Made by a program: the position numbers and the translations under genes. Positions 11,361 to 24,174 of a stretch of 64,000 nucleotides of DNA are shown piece after piece. Origin of the DNA: Rhizodiscina lignyota (taxonomy: Eukaryota); contig ML978134.1 of assembly GCA_010015805.1 (NCBI GenBank), positions 248,001-312,000 of the forward strand, read 5' to 3'. The notes below the pieces were generated by a model. The model was given only the letters and a program-made list of their open reading frames with translations. It searched no databases and was not told the DNA's origin. Numbering within the stretch: position 1 is the stretch's first letter; every line of letters starts with the position of its first letter.

Positions 11361-13117
11361 ATGATCGGGGCGGCCCGCGACTCTGAGCTGGACAGCTGCA
11401 AGTGGGCCAACCCAGCCAACGCAAGAGCTGATTACATCGAAGCTTTCAAATACGCGAATGTACGGTTCTCACGTCTAATAGTGGGAGCGTTTCTAACAAT
11501 CTGTAGGAAGCTGAAGTCAACGACACCAACTTTCGCTACGGTCACCTCCGAGATGGCGAGATTGGCGACTGGCTGGAACAGAGTGGACGATTCGCGAGGC
11601 CAGCGCCAGGAGATGCAGCTGGTGACCTGAGAGGAATAATTCGCATTCTGATATGTGAGAGGCATCAATACTCTCCATTGGACTTTCCGGTGACGCGCGA
11701 GACTTACGAGGCGCTTGAGACGGCGTTTAATCTTCCTGCCGCGACGCTTCCCTCGTTCGATAGCGATGCTGGAGCGCACTCAAGGTATTTCGAGTATGGC
11801 GATACACCGGACTCGCCATTGGAGCGTATCGGTATTTCTTCATGGGGCCTTCCCACTCGCAATTTGACTGCGGCCAGGGTAGCGCTAATATACCATCTAG
11901 GCATCGTCATCAAAGCTTCTCAAAAGCGCGAAATCGGAAACTTTGGAATCAGCATGAGTTACGATCCCCTAACGTGCACCACAACCGCCCTCCTATATGG
12001 CACAAATGTCTGTGTATGCGATAACGTCTCGGTCGACCACGCCGATGGCACCGCCCTGAACCGCGCCGATACATCGCAATTCATCCTCTCCCCGCAGGCG
12101 GACACAGCGCCGATCCGCAATCCCGAGATCCTCAATATCCTCAAGCGAGCCATTAGAGCTTGGGATCATCCCTTAATACTTCCCTGCGCTTTTGTCTCCT
12201 ACCACATGCGCCGCGCAAAGTGGTTCGCTGAGCACGGCAAGGTGCAGAACGAGACGCACAATATAGAAAATAGGTTGGGGGTACGAGGTGACGACAGGCC
12301 GCAGGATGAATTCTGGCGGGCTGCGCTCAATATTCAGACGACGATGTCGAAAGACGGGCAGAAAGGACGCAAGATTGCGGAGGAGCTGACCCTCAGGATG
12401 AACAGACAAGGCCTGCGGATACTCTTTACGGAGCGTTCGCCACAGTGGAACAAGGAGTGCTCAGAGTTTCTGAAGGATCTGCTGGATGAGATGAAAGACC
12501 TGCTGCCAGCGCAAACCATGAACTTCAAGACGAGTAGCAAATTAAGGGAGGGGCTTGAGTACAACATTGTCGCCGCGACAGCGGTATCAACTCATTTGGC
12601 CAATATGAAAGAGCGGATGATGTTTGAACTCGACGTTCTCAACTCGATCGTCGCACAGATGGAGAGCCAGCTCTCCGCTCGCCTAGCTGCCTCTGCTGGC
12701 CGCGACAGTACAAGCATGAAGATCCTAGCTGTAATCACGGCATTTTTTCTCCCTGCCACCTTTGTCGCGACGCTCTTCAGCATGAGCATGTTCGACTGGC
12801 AGTGGTCTGATAATAGCGACGACAACAGTGAACCAGGCGTCGTTAGCAACCGTTTTTGGATATACTGGGCCACCGCCATACCATTGACAACGCTGACGCT
12901 GATCGGATGGGGCACGTGGTGGCTCTGGGAGATCTATACGTTCGATAAGACGTTCTCGAAAGCGGCAGGAGAGACGACCGAAGTCATGAATGGTGTGGAA
13001 GAGTTCAAGAGGGTTAGATCTTGGCTAGGAATTAAACATCGAAACCGTCATGGGAGTGTGACATCAGCTGATGGGCCTTTCGCGATGTTGACGAAGAATG
13101 GCACTGCGGGAGTCTGA
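11361..13117 (+). CDS. Fungal protein with CorA-like C-terminal two-TM region
   Basis: RDSTSMKILAVITAFFLPATFVATLFSMSMF and FWIYWATAIPLT motifs; introns 11460-11506 and 11832-11900 give a continuous frame. Confidence 0.85.
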
Positions 13118-13411
13118 GCGGTCGTACCAATTTAGCGTAGCGTAGTCGATTTGCGTGCATAGCGTATTGATGATAGTACACATTCCTCAAACAATTCGCC
13201 CTCATCCCTTGCTCCCATGCCCCTCCACGACATGCACGCCTAGCGCCAGCCAGAAAGACAATGATGCCAAGCTTGTTCACAGCGAACATCATGTACAATC
13301 CACTAGAATGGCATTGTGCAGCGATTTGCATGCATAACGTGTTGGTATCGCTTACATACTCGAGTACAATTAGCCTCCAGCTCCAAACTCTCACCGATAT
13401 GCAACGTCGAT

Positions 13412-14282
13412 TTAGTAAATGTACGGAAAGAGCTTGTACGTCGTCTTGCGCTTGTAGTCGTTCCACATGTCACCATACTATGGACAAGTCAGCCATCGTC
13501 TGAATCGAACATTCCAGCCGAACATCACTCACCCTGTATGTGCAGTATTCATCCAATGCAGGTACAGACCTTGTTATGAAATCATACGTCTGCCACCCCG
13601 CCATAATGCTCGCCCAAATCCATCCTCCGGCAGCGAGTGCGTATCCAAAACGCCATACCGCGTAGGCGCCGTAATTGGGGTGTCTGACCAAGCTCCACAA
13701 TCCCGTCGTGCATGGCTTGCCCTTGTTCGCCGGGTCCTTCTTGAATTGTGCGCGCTGGAACTCTGCGAGTGCCTCGGTCGAGATCCCGACGAGATACAAA
13801 GCGCCGCCGATGAGGAGCGGGTACTGCGGGAAGTTCGCGCCACTGTCAAGGCTCGCGGAGCCAATCGAGGTGGTGAAAAGGAGCGAGTTGATGACGTTAA
13901 CAAGCAAGTTGTACGTAGAAACCGTTATGGCGCTCGCCAGAGGGAATTCCTCTTGGCTCGTCACTGTGAGCCAGAATATTTGCTTGATCACCGTGCCTGT
14001 CGCCATCCCGAGCAGTATCAGTCTGTACGGAGACAAGCCCAACCCATCGATCAGACGGATGCCCGTGTGGGCTGCGAGACCAGGAGGAAGGGTCTCAATG
14101 CCCAGCTTGTGGACGAGCGAGGAACCCCAGCCGTTCGCGAGGATGCCATATTGCATTAATGGGTCGAGAGCACGGAAACCGACGAAGGCAATTGTGCCGG
14201 GGAGGTTGGGCTTTTTGACGCCGCGTTTGATCAAGTCGTGGTGGGCGCCTTTGAAGGGCTCGCCCTCGGAGTTGGATGCCAT
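13412..14282 (-). CDS. DUF1295 / steroid-5-alpha-reductase-like membrane protein
   Basis: TTGLWSLVRHPNYG motif; intron 13478-13532; last exon YGDMWNDYKRKTTYKLFPYIY*. Confidence 0.88.
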
Positions 14283-14929
14283 TGCGGCAACGGAGCTGTG
14301 AGAGCTGGGTCAGCGTCTAGTACATATAGTCGTTTGACGGTCGGCACTTACCGTGGACAATGCAATTGATACGATATGGAGCTTTCTTCACAAGGGGAAG
14401 GACACACTAATCACAGCTACACCTGATCTAGAATCCGCCTAATAAGGCGCACTCATGACGTCCGCATATGCCAAGAACTCCTTCGACCCCTCTTGGGAAA
14501 GGCCCAAAACTGGGAGCCAGCCATCTCCACTTGTAGATGACTTGAGAGTGGGTATTGAAATTGTAAAGTCTGTCAAGATGTATCCTAGTTGGCGTCCGGC
14601 GAAACTTCACAAGAGCATTTTCAGGTAATGATAAAGCTTACTTGGCAGAGAAGGGCAGTTCTCTGGGTCATCAACCCCAACCCTAGGGAAATGTAATATT
14701 AAGAGGGGTTCCAAAATCTCACACGAAGAACATATACTTTGATTGCGGTGAGAAGAACGGAGAAATCCAGTTGAATAATGCTGATTAAAAACTACTGTGC
14801 TTAAGTAGTGACCATCGACCGGAATCTGCCTACTTAAACATTTTCCGCAAGTATCCGCATCTTCTCAAAGCAAATTGACTTGCACATCAGCAAAGAAGAC
14901 GTCTCCGGAACACCATGCTATGCCGGCAA

Positions 14930-17055
14930 TCACGAGCTCAAAACATCCCAAAGTGCACTCCCTTCCACATACCGATGATGAATCACATTGACCAGCCAGC
15001 AATCCTCGCCAACTTCTTTTAGCAGCTTGGCCGTCTCACTCTGAGGCGGGTATATTCGCTGCCATTCCGTCCAGATGCCGAACGCCTCCTCAAGCCATGC
15101 GCGGAACGATACTGCCTCGATGATCGTTGGTGTCACAATCTCCTTGCCCGCAAATGTGCCCCATGTCACGGGGTTAACGGATTGTTCGTCGGATGCGGCG
15201 AAGTCGCCATGTCGGTTGCCAGCGAAGTACGTCACTTCCTCGAGCTCGTCGAGCTTCTGTTGGAGGGTCTTCCAATCCGAAGATGGGAGGAAGAACTCGA
15301 CGAACGGCTATACCGCTGTTAATGGCTTTATTCGATAGCTGAGGCCAAAATTACTTCACTGACCTTCTGGAACACAAAGCCGTTCTTCGGACCCCAACCG
15401 AACACCTTGTCTGTGCTCTTAAGGCCATTCACGGCAGGCTGACTTGCCACGCTCCACCAGCCCTTAGCATTTAGCTTTCGTAACTCCTGTGTGATGGTGC
15501 CCGTCTCCGCATTAAGGCCTTCTTCACTCCAAGGTATGGCATCCAGTTCTCCCATTATATAACGTTTGAAGATGTCCGATATGTCGTCTCTACTTTTCGG
15601 ATATGCCCACAACTTGACTGCTTGCGGGATGGAAACGTGCAGCGACACGCCGTAACCATCAATCTCTCCATATGCGGGGGATCTCGCGTCACCCCATCTG
15701 CCGTTGGGATAGTCGTCCCATGTCGCTTCTCTTCCAAGATCTCCCTGTCCTTCAGAGATTGCAAGCGTATTTGCGCGAGAGTTGATCATATCTCTCGGGA
15801 TTCCCGCCTCATCGTCCGGAGCTTCATAACTCCTGCTCTTGCTCCTACTGCTCGATGAATTTTTCTCCACCACAACTCTATTCTGAGGAGCAGCGTTTTG
15901 AATTGATGAAAGACGTCTGCGATTTTTACTCACCGCAGGTTGTGGCGGGCTAAGTGTATCCTGCGAGTCATCGATTGTGATTGCGATACTATCTTCACCA
16001 TTAGTCTCCTCTTCTGGCGGGGTCTCGGGCGGAATAAGATTGCTGCGCTCAACAATCTGCGTCACGACCTTCTCCAAGTTGAGAGTATAGAAATGGAAGC
16101 CGCGCGGGCCGGGGGTGGTGTCTATCTCTCGCATTGACGAGACCATTTCACAGAGGATGTCCACGCCCACGCGCTTCACAGCCTCATCGTCACCTTTAAC
16201 GACGTCTAAGCGGTCAAGCATTGCTGGCGGTAGTTTTGCATGACTGAGCTTTGTTGTTCGATTGAGAATTTGATAGCTCTGGATCGGCATGAGTCCTGGT
16301 ATTATTGGAATCGTCTTGAAGACTCCCGACTCATGCCCTCGGAGTAGCGCAACAAACTTCTTGTATGCTTCCAGGTCATAGAACAGCTGCGTCATGATAA
16401 AGTCGGCTCCAGCCTTTGTCTTCTCAACTAGATATGGCAAGTCGAACTCGCGCGACTGATCATCCGGATGTGCCGAATCCCAATGGCCCTCCGGATACGC
16501 TGCAACACCAATGCAGAAGTAGTCTCCGTGCTCTTTCCGTATGTACGTCACCAGATCGATAGCCCATGTGAATGCCCATTCTGACCCTTCACCTTGAGCT
16601 GTGTCCCCACGTCTGTATTCGTCGTGGCGTGGCGGGTCTCCGCGCAACGCCAAAATGTTCCGAATGCCCAGAGCTTTGGCTTGCGAGAGCGCATCGTCGA
16701 CGAGCGCGCGGCTCATGTTTGTGCAGGTGAGGTGAAGACATGTTGTAAGCCCCAATTGCAGTTGGCAGAGTTCGGCGAGCTCGAGAGACTTGGAGGAAGT
16801 GCTGCCGCCGGCTCCCCAAGTGACGTTGACAAAGAGAGGTCGAAGGGCGCGAGACATGCGCTCGAGACGAGCTTGGAGATTTGCTGCTCCCTAACGGCTT
16901 TCTAATTAGCTTGAATGTAGTGCTTCATATTGAAAACAATTCCAGATCTCGAACGCGGTGGGACCAACCATCTGAGTCTTCGGAGGAAAGAACTCAAGGG
17001 AGAAGTACGAGCCATTCTCAGGAAGGGCTGCGATCTTATCCGTGATCTTTTCCAT
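14930..17055 (-). CDS. MET12: Methylenetetrahydrofolate reductase (MET12/metF-type paralogue)
   Basis: FSLEFFPPKT, VTWGAGG, LALRGDPP, AYPEGH, TQLFYD and WDDYPNGRWGD motifs; introns 16891-16968 and 15308-15363. The paralogue assignment (from the MEKITDKIAALP start) is less certain than the family. Confidence 0.9.
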
Positions 17056-19516
17056 AGTTGAGGCTGATCTCCCTTTCTGCTCGAGGAGATGTCAATTGGC
17101 GTCGTATCAGAAGATTTGGCATGCTGTATAGAGGAGAGGAGGAGAGAAGGAGCGACGGTTTGATCGCGGGGCACCGAGATGCAAAATTGGTGTGAACACC
17201 ATCTGCCGGGGCACGCGACTGCAGGGTTCAGCAGATGACAGGGTTGATTACATGAGATGATGCAACGCCTTAGATATTGCTCGTTACAGGCATGGCATCC
17301 GTGGAGCAATTGCAGACGGCTCAGATAAATAGCCACGATTATTCGGTCTGATTGCGCGAGGATGGGTTCACAGCGAGTGCCACTAGCTCATAGCATGGCG
17401 AAAGACAATGCCCGGTGCTCTGGGACATTAGGCTCATGGCAATGAACATCACTAGCAACGACGTGAATAAAGTTTGACATTCAAATAATTGGTGCTACAG
17501 AGAATGGTGCAGCCTTGTAGCTTCGACGGTAGAAGTCCTGCCGAATTTCGAAGAGTCACGGCAATAGCGGGCCCGGGAGTAGCTTGAGAGCTTCGTCACT
17601 CCAGGTAAATTGGATTGTCTGGCGGGTTTCGCGGGCAATGGTGTAGCTCTCCGTACATCGACAAAGCTACAATTTGTTCAGCACCGGGGATAGGCGGATC
17701 AGATCAGAAATGGAATTTGGTTTCGGGACGGTCCGTTGGTCCAAGCAGTGAGCATGGACAAATTGGATCGCTATCTGCTCCGCTGCATATATATGTGGCG
17801 GAATGCGTAGTGCACGACAGCCGTAGCTACATTCCTAGCTTAGTAATTAAGAGATCCGTGTAAGGCGATGGACTTTAAGAAGTGCGCTTGGGACTCAGAC
17901 TCATGATTGAAACAAGTTCATAGACAGCAAAGACATTTCCAAAGACGGACTACCTATGACAGAGACAATCAATCGAACAGAATGTGTAACGGGAGAAGGA
18001 ACAGCGGTGTAGGTGCACAGAAAGAGCCATATCAATTGCATACCAACTCGAGATGGCGACTCATACATTTGAAGAGTAAAAGCATACATCCGAATTTTAG
18101 ATATGTAAGAGTTGGAAAGGAAAGAGATGGCATTCCATGTCAGGAGACGTCTAAAAGGGTCGCGGTCGATGAAGAGGCTCGGTCGGGGAAAAGTTTGGTC
18201 CGACATACCGAGCCAATTGACGACATCATCACCAGATAACGACATCGAAAGGGTCGATCGAGGCCCGTATAAGCGTTTACGAATATCAAATCTCCGCCCC
18301 CGCTACATTAAGCTGTTTCGATATTCACCGCCAGTCAGGTGTCGACACGCCAAGCCTGCGAGGCTGCTGAAGGGATTTTGATAGATCGCCAGGGACGCAG
18401 GGACAGCGGCTCGAGCTAAGATTAGCTGCATGACGGCGCTTCGTACGCGAGACGAGACGGAACACAGTGCTGAGAAAATTGCCGACAGCTTTCTAGCGCT
18501 CTCCTGACGCCTATACAACTTTGATGGACAAGAGGTGTGATCGGGAGATCAGCGTTGCAAACCTCCGTGTAGCAGAGCTGGCGGACTTCTCCACACTTCA
18601 TGCAAATGTCCGAAAAACAGCTCATCGGCATGACGGAGGGGAGCATCCTCAAGGAGCAGCTGAGCAACCTTCTGAGGGGTTTGAAACTTGGAGCGGCACC
18701 TCTCGACAGTGGATTTGACTGGTGTCGGACGTGTGTAGCATGAAACATAAATTCCTTGGACGCGTCCCGGACAACGCGAAATAGTCACGAAACGGCGTGA
18801 ACCCTTGAGCCTTCGGGCTCTATACAACCTCCGACATGGCCAGCGAGCTGCTAAATAGAGCAACTCCTCCTGATCAACTTAGCTGAACTCCAAGCCAAAG
18901 CCACACTATACTCTGCCTCTCTCAAATCAGGCAGACATGATCCTCATGAATCGAAGCCAACGCCCGGCTCTCCAAGGTCCGCCTGAACAAACGTACCACA
19001 CTCTTTCTCAAGGCAGGCAAATCGGCATGACTGATTTCACCCGTTTTGTCAACTTTCCTGATATGCCTTGTCACCGAGCCATCCACGGCCCAAAGCCACT
19101 CGCCGAAAAGACGACGCAAGCGGCATGTTGCAGTATCTGGGCGGCCCACGTTCACCACGGCCGCACAGTGCAAGTCACGCATGTTGCAGTGCGTCGATTG
19201 CCTGCTCAAACGCTGTCTTCGCCCGTCTCACGCCCAATGGCATTGTCTCGATCTTGAATAGTGGAGCTGAGCACGGGGTCCATATGGACGAAAGCGACAT
19301 AGTGCATAGTTGACCGCCTAGTACAGCTACCTAGCTCGTGCGCTGGGCTCTGGCATTAGGATGGAGCGAAACGTGTCGAGCCTGGAGCTGGTCGTGGATA
19401 TTTAAGAGGCTCCGGATTCCTCTGATGGACTGGTTCTTTTTTCTCCTCACCTCCATCTCAAATCAAAAAGCCTTCTCGTACAAGCTTCACTTCACAGTAC
19501 ATACCAAATCTTCACA

Positions 19517-20078
19517 ATGGCCCACAAGGATCTCACCAGGTACGATGCTTCCAGCTGCCCCACCATAGCTTGAACAACTCAGCTACTCCACAACGTCGCT
19601 GTTTGCTAACAATTGAACAGCAAGGCTGACTTCGACGCTGCCCTCGCCACCCAGGGCAAGTATGTCCTGATCTACGCCTACGCTGGAGATGTTTCTCCCA
19701 AGGCCGAGGAGTATGTTCTCATCCTCATCTCAAACCCACGTTCTATGATCTGCCCCTCCATCAGGTCCCTGCCCCGCACCCTCACCCACGCCCCGCCATT
19801 TCCCCCTGAATTTGTACCACCTACAAAACAGCCAATTGCATTACAATCAAAGTTTTTCGAATGAATACTCACGGATATTTTCTAGGGCTGCCCAGAAGCA
19901 CGCCGCCACCACTGAGGCCTTCAAGGTTGACGTCGACAAGTACGAGACCGCCAAGGCCTTCTTCGGCATCACCAAGACCCCCACTGTCGTCGTCTACAAG
20001 GACGGCAAGGAGGTCAAGAAGGTTGAGGGTATGGATGAGGCCGGCATGTCCGAGATTGCCTCCATTGTCTCCGCATAA
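19517..20078 (+). CDS. 101-aa thioredoxin-fold protein lacking CxxC and any cysteine
   Basis: Introns 19540-19620 and 19711-19885; spliced product MAHKDLTSKADFDAALATQGKYVLIYAYAGDVSPKAEE...FKVDVDK...GITKTPTVVVYKDGKEVKKVEG; strong C/G third-position bias. Confidence 0.85.
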
Positions 20079-20480
20079 GCGGCTCGCTCTTGCTTGAAGA
20101 AGACATTCACGGGGGCCGCGTTGCTTGCGGACGGCGTCTAAAAGCAATTGGATGGCAATTGGAAGACAGATTTGATATAGAAATTAATCAAAGACCGTTT
20201 CCAAAGTTTCCCAAGTACATTCGTTTTTCCTATTGTACTTTGCCTATTGTACACAATCCAGAAGGAGCTTTTGCTGCAGCTCCGAGAATTTTTTCGCCAC
20301 TACTTATGCAGTGTGGCGAACCCATGTAGTGACCTGCAGCTTTTGAACCGAAGAAACAAGCTGCATACCGAGCCCCCAAATCGCCTACGCAATGCACATG
20401 CACCATCAAGCTTAAAGCCACACCGCAATTCCTGACGCCGTCCAGTCAGAATGAACCGAAATTCAGCACGAATCGCCCAA

Positions 20481-22015
20481 TCAGAGCAGACCCTGCCTCT
20501 TCAGGTCCTCATAGACCTTCAAGGGCATGACATTGCCTTGGCTGTCCTCCATCTGGACGATGTTGTCGTTTGCCTTCTTCTCGGCCTTCTCATCCTCCTG
20601 GATCTTCGCCCACAGTTCCTTCGCATCGTCCATACTCGCGATCTCTTTGAAGAGCGTGGTATTCGTGATACCGAGTGCGTGGAGGCCGTGCACGTGGCGA
20701 GTCTCGTGGAAGTGCTTCTCGTACGCGCGACGGCCCATGTACACGTAGTTGCCGCAGATCTCACATGGGAACTCGTTGCCCAAGCCATGCAGCTTGTACA
20801 GCCAGTAGGGGATCGGCTTGCCGTCCCAGGCATTCGGAAGCTTCAGCGGGTTGTAGATCTTCGCCTCGCCATCATCGACCTCTCCTTCATGGCCGTCGGT
20901 GTTGGCAGGCACATGTTCTTCGGAGAGCAGGTCCAGCTCGGCTTGGCGCTCCTTTGGCGTCATGCCCATCTTGCGCTCGGCGTACATCATGGTCTCGGAA
21001 CGTTCAGTCTGCATGGTACCAGCGAGCTTTCCAATGCGGAACTCGAGCGCGGCGATGGCTCGCTCCTTCTCCATGCGCGACTTTTGGCTGCCCTGGCTGA
21101 CGTTCTTCTTGTGAATCTTGCCGTCGAAGTGGTGGCGGTAGACGTTCTCATTGGCATATGTCTTGTCGCAGTCTGCACAATAGTTCGTCGGATTAAGCTC
21201 CCAAGCAGGAACCTCGCGCTTCTCCCACTTCTCGCCAAACTCCTTGTCAAAGATCTCCAGGGTCGTGTTATTTTCCTCGAGCGGCTTGGTCAGACGCAGA
21301 AAGTTCTCGAGGTACGCGGACAACTCCATGAGGTACTTGTAGTACGCCCGGTTCATCTTGTCCTTCTTCGTGAGAGGAAATGCCGGCTGAGTGAACTTGT
21401 CGAATAGGCGCAAGTAATCCTGGTATGGAACGCGCAAGGCGACGGTCACTCCAGGCAGGTTCATGTATTCCTCGTGGAATCTGACCAAGTCGAAGAAGCT
21501 GCCAAAGCCCTCCTCGCTGTTGAACTTTTGTTCGAAATTGACTTCGCGCGCAATGAGGTTTTGCTTCGGGTCTGTATCGTACTTGTAGGTATTCTCGAGA
21601 TTCTCAACTGGCTGATCGGGGTATTTGTCGAAGTGCTTGTTGATCTCGGCCAACTCGTCGTAGAACGCCTTAAGCGGGTCACCAGTTGTCAGGCGCTCCT
21701 TCTCGCGCTCCAATAGGCCGTTTTCATCAATGTCGATGTCCAAGAGCCGCATGGAATTTTCTAGCTGTCGTTCCTTGCACCAGGCAATCTCGTGCTGGAT
21801 CTTCAAGATGTTCTTTCTCTGCCGCGGGAGGACTGTCGGATTTAACTCTTTCTAAAAGAAGCCTGGCTAGTAGATATCCAGCAACAGGCATGAAAGGGTG
21901 AACTCACGGATCTTGCGGACTTAGGGTCTCTCAAGGCCTTATAGCGTTCTACCATGGCCACCTCGAGGCGCTCGTTGTCCTCCATGAGCATGCGCTGCTC
22001 CTCCAACACCGACAT
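20481..22015 (-). CDS. PRP9: Splicing factor 3a subunit 3 (SF3a60/Prp9)
   Basis: YNPLKLPNAWDGKPIPYWLYKLHGL, CEICGN..Y.GRRAYEKHF and KVYEDLKRQGLL motifs; intron 21852-21907. Confidence 0.92.
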
Positions 22016-22584
22016 TTTGACTCGTTTTCGAAGGTTCTCAAGCTATCAGAAGAAGTTTGGGAGTTTCCGAAGAATGAAGTGGTGTTGGGTGGGTTGTTGG
22101 AGGAAGAAGAGGGAGAAGTGGTATGGGAGGTGTTTATTTTCGAAGCTTCGCGCCAAGACTTTTTTTCCCCCGCGGTTCGCGGTGCTGTGACGCCACAACG
22201 CCTACGCTTGTGTACCACTCCATGTTCTCAGCTTCACACGCCCTTGACGCGTAAAACTTTCTCCATCGACCTTAGCCTTCCACATATATATGAAACCTTT
22301 CAGCATTTTCAATTGAGCTCATCTCCAAGTAGAGATATTCTTTGCTAATGTTGAGCTGCCTTTGGACAGTGATCGCTGTTCTGTTCGACTAAGTCCTCCA
22401 CGATATTGGCGGTTGTAGAGGAGATTGTTCGACTTGCGCGTGATAACAGAGTGCAAGTGCCCGGAATGGCTCTACTGTATGTCCTGTCGGAAGGCCTGCA
22501 TAGTCCATTACAAGGCAGCGCGAGTCATCAGGAGATACGACATCAAGTGCACATGAAAACAGGACAGAGAGGTGGCAATTTCAT

Positions 22585-23763
22585 TTATTGGTCAACGACA
22601 AACCCATCTCTATGTGGCCTCATCTTGATTGGCTGTACCAGAGGTGGTCGGATTGATTGTGCATTCTCAAGCAAGTTGACTCCCAAGCCTGGTCCATCAG
22701 GTATATCCACAAATCCATCGACAACTCGAGGACAATGGTCAACAATGTTGCTACCGAGATGTTCAATCGTGGAGTGAAAGACTCCGGCTTCAAAACCAGT
22801 GGAATACTCTTGAATTGCAAAGTTTGGTATGGCAGCAGCAACTTGTAAGCAGGCTGCCAGTCCAAGAGGCGACAGAGGATTGTGAGGGACGACCTGGACG
22901 TTATGAGCCTCTGCCATTGCGGCGACCTTTTTCGCTCCTGTGATTCCTCCGCAGACTGCTACATCCACTCGAGCATATTCAAGAGCATCTCGTGAGAGGA
23001 GTGCCTGAAATTCATAGATCGTGCAGAAGCGCTCCCCGGTCGCTATTGGGACGGCCAATCTATCAGCTACGCGTGCCATTGCGTCGGCACTCTCTGGGCG
23101 GATAGGATCCTCGACGAACATTGGGCAGGTATCCTTGATGTTGTTGCAGAATGTGATCGCTTCAGCCGGTGTCAGGCGGCGGTGAAGTTCAATCAGAAGA
23201 TCTACCTTGTCGCCCACGACAGCTCGCATTCTTCTGACATTTTCCTCCGCCTCTTTCATTTTCTTGACGTGGGTCTTGAAGTACACCTGGTCTGTGCCTT
23301 CGTCAAGAAATGGATTGATGTGCCCGAATGCTGTAAAGCCAAGATCCATTTTTCGTTTACATTCAGACAGGACATCTTCAATAGTTTTCTCGTAAATATG
23401 GCCGTACACACGTGCTTTTGTTCGGCAGGCTCCTCCCAGGAGTTGATAGATGGGGACGTTGAGCGCTTTGCCCTTGATATCCCATAGCGCAATATCAATG
23501 GCTGAGATGGCCGCATTGATCGCCAGCCCCTGGAAGTAACTAAAACGGTGCATCACATTCCAGTGATATTCAATGTCGAAAGCCCTTTTGCCAACGAGAT
23601 ACTCGGCAAATCTTGATATCGCAGTGGCCGCAGTGGTGATGTGTCCCCAAATACCTGCTTCGCCATAACCCGAGATGCCCTGGTCTGTAATGACGCGGAC
23701 AAACATGAACTGTCCAACATGGAGAGGCTCAACAGATTTGATGAGCTGATCGGATGGAGCCAT
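22585..23763 (-). CDS. Mandelate racemase subgroup enolase (galactonate-dehydratase-like), intronless
   Basis: AISAIDIALWDIKGK, PIYQLLGG, ELH, EDP, TGER, PHNPLSP, IQEY and GPGLGV motifs; first ATG at 23763. Confidence 0.9.
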   Translation of the reverse strand: MAPSDQLIKSVEPLHVGQFMFVRVITDQGISGYGEAGIWGHITTAATAISRFAEYLVGKRAFDIEYHWNVMHRFSYFQGLAINAAISAIDIALWDIKGKALNVPIYQLLGGACRTKARVYGHIYEKTIEDVLSECKRKMDLGFTAFGHINPFLDEGTDQVYFKTHVKKMKEAEENVRRMRAVVGDKVDLLIELHRRLTPAEAITFCNNIKDTCPMFVEDPIRPESADAMARVADRLAVPIATGERFCTIYEFQALLSRDALEYARVDVAVCGGITGAKKVAAMAEAHNVQVVPHNPLSPLGLAACLQVAAAIPNFAIQEYSTGFEAGVFHSTIEHLGSNIVDHCPRVVDGFVDIPDGPGLGVNLLENAQSIRPPLVQPIKMRPHRDGFVVDQ

Positions 23764-24174
23764 TTCGGAAGAGACTGCTAATCGTCCGTACTTAGTGTTG
23801 CACTTCAAAATACCTGCCCTTGCGTCTGCTTTGAAGTGGGGTGGAATCCTCTGCTGCCGAGCCTGCTGTCAAGTGTGGCTCTCCGCCAGCCAGTCGTCAA
23901 GCATAAAAGATCTATTGTTGATGGCTCAATAATGTGAACTTCTTACAGCAGCGAAGAGGCAACTTCAGCATCAGCGGGGGTGAAGTTATCAGCTAGTGAA
24001 GAGGGAAGAGCATGCTCCGCTCAGGTCTCGGGGTGTAGTCCACCGGCAACCCCTCAAGCTAGGGCAACGTCAACTTGGTGGAGTTTACGATCTCGGTAAC
24101 AGATTTCAACCAGTCAGTGCCGGGAATTGCATACATCCCGAATATTCATAATACATATGCTAATTATGAATTCT

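Noticed and set aside
13467..14301. Long plus-strand ORFs (230 and 208 aa)
   Set aside because: Antisense to the DUF1295 gene in GC-rich coding DNA.
17860..19260. Short ORF fragments between MTHFR and the thioredoxin-like gene
   Set aside because: Possibly a decayed gene, but no coherent frame, splice model or motif could be established.
20451..21407. 318-aa plus-strand ORF
   Set aside because: Antisense shadow of the codon-biased PRP9 gene; no recognisable motifs.
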